A DNA stretch of 64,000 nucleotides from contig JBGPIA010000002.1 of assembly GCA_041484665.1 (NCBI GenBank), forward strand, positions 728,287-792,286. Direction: 5' to 3'. The notes beneath the pieces are model-generated. The model was not told the origin of the DNA. It saw only the letters and a list, made by a program, of their open reading frames with translations, and did no database searches. Positions within the stretch are counted from its first letter, which is position 1; each line of letters begins with the position of its first letter. A program made the translations under genes and the position numbers. Source of the DNA: Candidatus Krumholzibacteriia bacterium (lineage in GTDB: Bacteria > Krumholzibacteriota > Krumholzibacteriia > JAJRXK01). Shown one piece after another: positions 57,841 to 64,000 of this stretch.

Positions 57841-58995
57841 TCAGGGGCACACGTGCCCCAGGTGCATTGACATCACCGAGACGTCGACTAGGTCGATCCT
57901 GCCGTCCCGGTAGAAGTCCGCGCAGAAGTTGAAGGCGCCCCCGTTGAGCGCCGCTGAGAACGGGCCGATGTCCCCCAGATTCACGTGCAGATCGCCAGTC
58001 AGGTCGGGGCTGTTCACGCTGATCGGCAGCGCTGGCGAGCCCGTGATCGGCTGGCCAGCGAGCATCACCCGCAGGCCGGACTGTGAGCACCCTCCAGCTA
58101 GGGGCATCCCGCTGATCGTGGTCTGGCCGTTGGCGTCCGTGTCGTGGTCCGCCGTGAGACCGGGCGAGCAGAACGAGGGAGTCCCCTGGACCGCAGCGCC
58201 GAGCCAGATGTCCGCCGCGGGGAAGCCCGAGACGAGGTTGCCGGCAACGTTGCGGACCTGCACCTGGATCGTCGCGCCGACGCTGGCGAGGGACGGACCA
58301 TCGTGGGCCGGGCACGCAAGTAGCGTCGTCGCGGCGCCGTCCGTCGCGGTACTGCGAGCGGGATCGGCGGGGAGCGAGTTGCCGACGCGGTACACGAGCA
58401 CGTCGTCGAACCAGGAGTTCGAGGACTCGCAGTGGAGATTCTCGAAGAGGATCAGGTACCGCCAGTCTCCCTGGAATCCGGTATTCGTCACGAGGGTTCC
58501 ATCGACAAAGCAGAGATTCTGGCCGTCCACGTTCTTGATGGTGACTTTGTGCCAGCCCAGGGACCTTGCTGGTCCGCGCACGCCCGCAGCGCAGGAATGA
58601 CATCCGAGGAAGACGTAGTAGAAGCCACTGTCGCGTATGCATTCCGTGCCAACCATCAGCCAATCGTCTGTCCAGGCATCGCCCGTCTGTGAAACGACCA
58701 CGTGGGACTCTCGGTATCCAGCCATGTCGTCGTAGAACCACGTCTCCAAAAGCGTGTTGCGCATGGATTGACCAGTATCGAGGACGAGTGCCGACGTGCG
58801 GAGCGAAAGCGCACCGCTGCCTGACCGAGCTTGCTGCGATGACAGTTCCCAGGATCCGCCCCAACTGATGACAGACCAGCTCTCGGCCGTGAACCCCGGC
58901 TCGAACCCCTCTTGGAACAGGATGTCGTCAGCGAGTGCCGGTGCAGGCAGCAACGCGGCGACGGCCGCCCCCGCGAGCGCGGTAGCACGCCTCAC
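57841..58995 (-). CDS. Secreted protein: beta-sandwich (LamG-like) domain plus Cys-containing Ig/dockerin-like C-terminal module
   Basis: GTG with SD GGAGGAGG, signal peptide, 'GWHKVTI...FVDG...WFDDV'. C-terminus 'NSPDLTGDLHVNLGDI...CADFYRDGRIDLVDV...GHVCP' holds two dockerin-like Ca loops. Confidence 0.8.
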   Translation of the reverse strand: MRRATALAGAAVAALLPAPALADDILFQEGFEPGFTAESWSVISWGGSWELSSQQARSGSGALSLRTSALVLDTGQSMRNTLLETWFYDDMAGYRESHVVVSQTGDAWTDDWLMVGTECIRDSGFYYVFLGCHSCAAGVRGPARSLGWHKVTIKNVDGQNLCFVDGTLVTNTGFQGDWRYLILFENLHCESSNSWFDDVLVYRVGNSLPADPARSTATDGAATTLLACPAHDGPSLASVGATIQVQVRNVAGNLVSGFPAADIWLGAAVQGTPSFCSPGLTADHDTDANGQTTISGMPLAGGCSQSGLRVMLAGQPITGSPALPISVNSPDLTGDLHVNLGDIGPFSAALNGGAFNFCADFYRDGRIDLVDVSVMSMHLGHVCP

Positions 58996-59047
58996 AGCAC
59001 CTCCTCCCTTTCGGTGAGAATGCCCCAGTCGCTCGACTCTCCCCTGA

Positions 59048-59408
59048 TCATTCGAGGACGACTACCTTGACGCGGCCGGAGAATTGCCCGGCCGTAGCCC
59101 GCACGTAGTAGACGCCTGCCGCCACACGGACCCCGCGAGAGTCCCGACGATCCCACACGATACTCTGCGTGCCCGCACGAAGTAGTTCGCCGTTCAGTAG
59201 TTCCCGCACGGTCCGCCCCCTCACGTCGATCACCTGCGCGTGGACGCTCTCTCCCTGCGGCAAGTCCAGGGCTACGAGCGCGCTCGTCCGAATTGGGTTG
59301 CTGCTCGCAAGCCTGATTCCGTAAGCGCGCGGTGCGCCGACTGCCTGCTCCACACCGGTTGCGCCCTCCACAAGCCGCAGCCGCTGGTCAGCTGCAATCT
59401 CCCCAACC
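59048..59408 (-). pseudogene. 3' fragment (ASPIC tail and CTD) of a secreted protein
   Basis: 'IAADQRLRLVEG-ATGVE...SNP...DVRGRTVREL...WDRRD..G.RVAAGVYYVR'. The upstream portion is replaced by unrelated opposite-strand sequence. Confidence 0.7.
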
Positions 59409-59949
59409 GTGGCGCGGCTCGAATCCGTGATTGCCGAGCACCGTTCCGACGTGGTGGTGCTCGACTCTGTGAGCAAAGTCTTCGGCGGCGCGGACGAAAA
59501 GGACAACACGGCACTGGCCGGCTGCTATCGCGAGCTGCTGCGGCTGCGGAACGCCTACGGGTGCGCCTTCATCCGGCTGCACCAGACGACGAAGGCCGCT
59601 TGGCGCGACACCAGCGAAGGCGAGCGCATGGGCATGGTCCGAGGTGGTGGCGAGCACGCCGCGGCAGTCGATGTGATCCTCTGGCTGGAGAAGAAAGGCC
59701 GCGGCCGGGAGTTGTCCCTGCTGGAGCGCCGCGAGCCGGATGGGCACGAACGACCGCCGCTCATGTTGTTCGCCGAGACTCCCGAGGGCGCAGAGGGTCC
59801 GCTGCTCCTGGAGTACCGACAGCTCGAAGAGGTCGGCGCCCCCGCTGCACGTTCCGTCGATGAGGCTACCGATCTCCAGCTCGCGCACCTGAACCGCCAC
59901 GGCAGCACCCGGACGGCCGAGCTGGATTACGTCGTGGCTGCGGCCGAGG
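59409..59949 (+). pseudogene. Internal fragment of an AAA_25/RepA-like SF4 helicase (mobile-element type)
   Basis: Walker B 'DVVVLDS', 'DE.DN', 'LH..TK', 'RGGGE..AAVD'. Walker A is absent and the 3' end is cut by an IS21 end. Confidence 0.6.
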
Positions 59950-60445
59950 TGCGCACCACGGTCCATCGTGATCACCCGGATCGGTGATCGTGAACACCTG
60001 GATCGGCGATCGTGAACACCCCCTGGGAGGTAGCCTGGGGGTAGATCGGTAGCCCATCCTGCCGCCCGTCCGCGGGCGGCCGACCGGAAGCGATGCTGGA
60101 TGGTCTGGACGGGCCGTCCGCCCTTCAGAGAGGGGCGAGATGGCAACGGAGAGACTGTCCATGCGCCGAGTCCACGAGATCCTGCGGCAGAAGCTGGAGT
60201 TGGGGCGCAGCCACCGGGAGGTGGCCGCCAGCCTGGGCGTGAGCGTGGGGGTGGTGGCGAGCGTTCTGCGGCGGCTGGAGCGAGCCGGGCTGAGCTGGGG
60301 CGACGTCCAGGGGCAGGCGGAGCCGCAGCTCGATGAGCGCCTCTACGGTCCCAAGCTGGTGATGGGTGCCACGCGGCCTGCGCCCGATTGCATCTGGATC
60401 CACGTCGAGCGCCGGCGCCCTGGGGTGACCGCCGGTCGCCGATGA
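59950..60445 (+). mobile_element. istA: Truncated IS21-family element (left end and istA 5' fragment 60140..60445)
   Basis: TG-initiated end with 22-bp-period repeats ATCGTGA(T/A)CACC at 59965, 59987 and 60009. 'MATERLSMRRVHEILRQK...SHREVAASLGVSVGVV...GLSW...LY...RRPGVT' stops before the DDE domain. No istB or right end seen. Confidence 0.85.
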
Positions 60446-60816
60446 AACGGTCCCGCGGGTCTCCCCGAGGGGCTCCTCTTCGACGGCCGGGAGTCGATCA
60501 GATCGGAACGGGTCTACCGACCGGAGCTTAAGCGCGGTGCGCAGGCTCCCCTCGCCCCGGCAGGATCGCGGAGCCCCGGCTCGCAGGGCCCTTGCCCCCG
60601 CCGCACCCCCGTGGTACGGTCGCCTCGTTGCATGCTGCGCAGGAGGTTCCTTCTCCCGACACATTGCTCCTGGGTTCGACGCCAACAGCGCACCGGTCCT
60701 ACGGCGCTACCAGCAAGGACGGCATCAGCCTCAGTTCAGGCTGACCCGTCGACGCCGATCGCGCAGCTACTCAAGGGGCCGCGGCGCTGGCTATCCTCCC
60801 CCCCAGGAGCGCGCCC

Positions 60817-63492
60817 ATGCAACTCGCAGCTACGACGCGACGCCTCGCCGCGTGCCTCACGTTCACCCAACGAATCGTCGCTCTCGCAACGCGCACCCCC
60901 TTCGCGTCGCGCTGCCCCTTCGTGTCGCGCAGCCCTCTTGCGTCGCGCGGGTCGAGCGAGCGCATCGCCTCGCTCGCAGCACGCTCGAGCCTCATGATCG
61001 CCGCGCTGCCAGCCGCCTTATTACTCCTCGCCATCGCCGTGACTCCAACTCTTGCGCAGCAGCACGTGTGGTCCGACCAGTTCAGCCTTCCCACCGTCAA
61101 TGGTTGGGCGCGGTGCCTCGTCGAGTACAACGGAGATCTGATCGCCGGTGGGTCGTTCGATTTCGCCGGCCAGTGTGAAGCCCACAACATCGTCCGCTGG
61201 GATGGCGCGTGGTGGTCGCCGCTCGGCGCTGGCGTGGATGGGGAGGTGCTTGCGCTGACCGTCTATGACGGTCGTGTGGTGGCCGGAGGCAGATTCCAGA
61301 CTGCGGGCGGAGCCCCTGCGGATCACGTCGCGGTCTGGGATGGCTCCCAATGGTCGCCGCTGGGGTGTGGATTCAATGACGCGGTATACGACTTCGTCTG
61401 CTACCGCGGTGGGCTCGTGGCGGCGGGCTGTTTTACCGCGGAGGGCCGCTATCCCATTGCCCGGCTGGCCTTCTGGGACGGGCAGATGTGGCGGCCGCTC
61501 GCGAACGGAATCGACGGTTGTGTCTACGCCGTGACGGCCTTCCAGGGAGATCTCGTGGCAGGCGGAGACTTCACCACGATCGGTGGACGCCCCGCCTCGA
61601 GCATCGCCCGCTGGGACGGCGCCAACTGGAACGCGTTGGGTAGTGGAATCCTGACCTACGTGCCGTACCACTGCGGAAGGGAAAGTCACACCCGACAGGG
61701 GATGGTCTTCGACCTGGTGGCGAGCAGCGACCTTCTGTTCGCCGGTGGCTACTTCAATGTGGTCGATGGGGTCAGCCCACAGAGCGTCGCAGCATGGGAT
61801 GGCCACTCATGGCGGGCTGTCGCTCCACCGCGCTGGTCTTCGCCACCCCCCGAGCCATCGGGCCAGGTGTTTGCCCTCGCGCTGCACGACGGACAGCTGT
61901 TCGCGGCTGGAGGCTTCTTGTTCCTCGAGGATGCTCACGTCCGAAGCATTGCCCGAGCCGACGACTCGGGCTGGGCCGACTTGGAGGGTGGGCTTGTATG
62001 GCGCGACTCTGGGGTCGGGCTTTCCGATCCGTATCCCGGGACCGGGTACGCGCTCGCTGACTTCCGGGGCGATCTGGTCGTCGCTGGAGACTTCCGTCGG
62101 GCCGGTCCCCGCGGTTCGGGAAGCATCGCGCGGTGGATGGGAGCCGCGTGGACACCGTTGGGGAGCGGCGGCGCAGGCGTCAACGCTCCCGTCTCGCGAC
62201 TGCGCTCGGTGGGCAAAGGCCTGATTGCGCTGGGACCGTTCGACCAGGCCGGCGGCGTACCGGTGGTTGGCGCCGCGAGACTCTCCGGAGAGACCTGGCT
62301 GCGCTGCGCGGGCGATTCTGTCGTCCTCGACGATGTGGTCATCCACAACGGCCGACCGCACGCAACGGGACGATTCTTCAAAGACGGGACCTGGCGGGCG
62401 GGTGTCGCGCGGTGGGATGGAAACGTCTGGACGATGATCGGCCGCACGATCTTCCCTCCCACCCATCTGCTTTCCCACGGCGGGAGTCTCTACGTCGGCG
62501 GAAACTTCGAGTCCATCGACAATCTGCCCGCCAACAACGTGGCGCAATGGGATGGACACCGGTGGAACGCGCTGGGCGGTGGCCGTAGGGGCCTCGTACA
62601 AGCGCTCGACGCTTACGGCGGACGTGTGGTCGTCGGATGCTCGTACGGTCCGGGCGATGGACGCTCGATCGACCTCGTCTCGGCGTGGGACGGAATCCAC
62701 TGGATCACGCTCGGCGCTGACGAGACGCGGCGACCCGAGTCGGTGGAAGCGCTGACTGTCTACAACGGCCGACTCATGGCCGGCGGGTCGTTCGGCGCAA
62801 TCGGCGGCTGCCCAGCGGCGGGCATCGCCCAATTCGACGGCACGCGATGGCAACCGCTGGGCAGCGGAGTCGACAGCATGGTCACGAGCCTCGTCGTCCA
62901 CGATGGCGCGCTGGTGGCTGGCGGAAAGTTCCTCAATGCGGGGGGCCTGCCGGCGCCGCATCTCGCCATCTGGAACGGCAGGCAGTGGGATGCCCTCAAC
63001 AGCGGCTGCGATGGCGACGTCCTGGCGCTGGCTGAGCACGGCGGAGCCCTATACGTCGGCGGAGGCTTTACGCGGATGGGCGGCGTCGCCTCGTATCACA
63101 TCGCGAGACTCGGCGAGACCAACGGTGCCCTGCGCGAACCAGGGCTCACCGAGCTGACTGCCGACCAGGGCGCGTCGCGCGTGACCGCCGCGGGCAGCGC
63201 AGGAGCTGGGTTCGGTCCCAGCCGCATCCTCGACGCCGGACCCAACCCCTTCAACTCCGCGATGCACGTGCACGTCGTCACCTGGTCGGGCTCGGGCACG
63301 CGGTTGCGCGTCTTCAACCTCGCCGGCGAGCTGGTGCGCACGTTCGATCTGGATGGCTCAGCGGTAGGCCCGCGCGGCGTGCTGTGGGATGGGCGAGACG
63401 GTGCCGGCGCGGCGGTGGCCAGCGGGGTCTACATCCTGCGGTTGGACGCCGGGGACGCCATCGACAGCCGCCGCGTGACCTTGGTGAAGTAG
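60817..63492 (+). CDS. Secreted beta-propeller repeat protein (WDG..W..LG.G repeats) with CTD
   Basis: Recurring 'L.AGG.F...G......IARWDG..W..LG.G' units and CTD 'GPNPFN...WDGRD...ASGVY'. Start at 60817 (AGGAG) or 60994. Confidence 0.88.
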   Translation: MQLAATTRRLAACLTFTQRIVALATRTPFASRCPFVSRSPLASRGSSERIASLAARSSLMIAALPAALLLLAIAVTPTLAQQHVWSDQFSLPTVNGWARCLVEYNGDLIAGGSFDFAGQCEAHNIVRWDGAWWSPLGAGVDGEVLALTVYDGRVVAGGRFQTAGGAPADHVAVWDGSQWSPLGCGFNDAVYDFVCYRGGLVAAGCFTAEGRYPIARLAFWDGQMWRPLANGIDGCVYAVTAFQGDLVAGGDFTTIGGRPASSIARWDGANWNALGSGILTYVPYHCGRESHTRQGMVFDLVASSDLLFAGGYFNVVDGVSPQSVAAWDGHSWRAVAPPRWSSPPPEPSGQVFALALHDGQLFAAGGFLFLEDAHVRSIARADDSGWADLEGGLVWRDSGVGLSDPYPGTGYALADFRGDLVVAGDFRRAGPRGSGSIARWMGAAWTPLGSGGAGVNAPVSRLRSVGKGLIALGPFDQAGGVPVVGAARLSGETWLRCAGDSVVLDDVVIHNGRPHATGRFFKDGTWRAGVARWDGNVWTMIGRTIFPPTHLLSHGGSLYVGGNFESIDNLPANNVAQWDGHRWNALGGGRRGLVQALDAYGGRVVVGCSYGPGDGRSIDLVSAWDGIHWITLGADETRRPESVEALTVYNGRLMAGGSFGAIGGCPAAGIAQFDGTRWQPLGSGVDSMVTSLVVHDGALVAGGKFLNAGGLPAPHLAIWNGRQWDALNSGCDGDVLALAEHGGALYVGGGFTRMGGVASYHIARLGETNGALREPGLTELTADQGASRVTAAGSAGAGFGPSRILDAGPNPFNSAMHVHVVTWSGSGTRLRVFNLAGELVRTFDLDGSAVGPRGVLWDGRDGAGAAVASGVYILRLDAGDAIDSRRVTLVK

Positions 63493-63584
63493 CACGAGCC
63501 GAACGGATGGCGTCGTGCGACTCAGGCGAGCGATGTGAGCGCCCCGGCCAATTCCGAAGGCGGCGAGTCCTCTGGAAGCGCAAG

Positions 63585-63862
63585 TCAGACGGCCCCCGCA
63601 GACATCCTCACCGCCGGCTTCAGTTGACGCAAGACTACGGATCCTGCGATGAAATCGTGGACGGCCCGCCGCTTCGAGCTCGTCAACGTGCTCACGAGCC
63701 CCGCGACGAGCCAGCCGGACGACGCGGCGATCGACAACCAATCCCCAATCCCGAGAACCAGTGGCTGCTCGGTGAGGCGCATCGGGTCTTCCCCTGCCAG
63801 CACTTACGGTAGGCCGTACGCAACTTGGGCAAGCGTAAACACAATCACCACGATCTCCCGTA
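63585..63862 (-). pseudogene. RDD-family membrane protein remnant interrupted by an IS
   Basis: 'LREIVVIVF...' and 'KRRAVHDFIAGSVVL' RDD motifs. In-frame TAA at 63804-63806; the 5' part is replaced by an IS end. Confidence 0.65.
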
Positions 63863-64000
63863 AGACTCCGTCAATAAAAAACATATACATCTTCCTAGTT
63901 GGCTCTTGAGCCTATGGTGTAGTTCCATTCGCCATGAAAAGCGTTGGGAGTCAGATTGACCGTAGCGAATTCCTTCTTGGACACCTTCCGTCCCACAGGA
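63863..64000 (-). mobile_element. Right end of an ISAzo13-family element (transposase C-terminus, stop at 63895-63897); continues beyond the window
   Basis: Minus-strand peptide 'PVGRKVSKKEFATVNLTPNAFHGEWNYTIGSRAN*' matches the ISAzo13 transposase C-terminal 'FHGEWNYTI' signature. AT-rich terminal sequence AGACTCCGTCAATAAAAAA. Confidence 0.75.

Noticed and set aside
59965..60020. 22-bp periodic repeats resembling iterons or a mini-CRISPR
   Set aside because: They lie at a TG-initiated end just upstream of istA, so they are IS21 terminal repeats. There are no unique spacers or cas genes.
60892..60945. Three 18-bp tandem repeats (RTPFAS/RCPFVS/RSPLAS)
   Set aside because: Short degenerate low-complexity expansion in a leader or N-terminal region, with no evidence of function.
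119..63039. Numerous long antisense or alternate-frame ORFs (e.g. 119..2206-, 10062..12419-, 31394..33007+, 47226..48830+, 53619..55571-)
   Set aside because: Shadow ORFs expected at high GC. They are Arg/Gly/Ala-rich, lack motifs and fully overlap well-supported genes.

Overview
GC-rich bacterial chromosomal window. An FCB-group candidate lineage (Krumholzibacteriota/Latescibacterota/Eisenbacteria-like) is inferred from the many 'PNPFNP...WDG...GVY' FlgD-Ig/T9SS-type C-terminal domains. From left to right it holds: the end of a multiheme cytochrome cluster with a 42-CxxCH cytochrome; a convergent Rieske-cytochrome b-decaheme cytochrome operon plus an OPT transporter; a permuted LeuD-LeuC-type aconitase-family fusion; an ECF sigma/anti-sigma/DUF4097 module; a PorU-like C25 peptidase; tRNA-Glu; a translationally coupled dinB-(degenerate dnaE)-lexA operon with a sigma70 promoter carrying two CAAAC-N4-GTTTG palindromes; a small winged-helix regulon; a fused RelE-Phd ORF; three Ser/Thr kinases; many secreted CTD-bearing proteins; a three-gene redox operon whose first gene appears to be a UGA-recoded secreted selenoprotein (UxxC); and, at the right end, gene fragments and IS21/ISAzo13 remnants. 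The two strongest candidates for undescribed systems are (1) an 'inverted mutasome', pairing an active Y-family polymerase with a catalytically dead C-family polymerase, and (2) a possible trans-outer-membrane thiol/selenol relay (TlpA, Cys-tailed beta-barrel, exported selenoprotein). All family calls come from motif recognition by eye, not from database searches.
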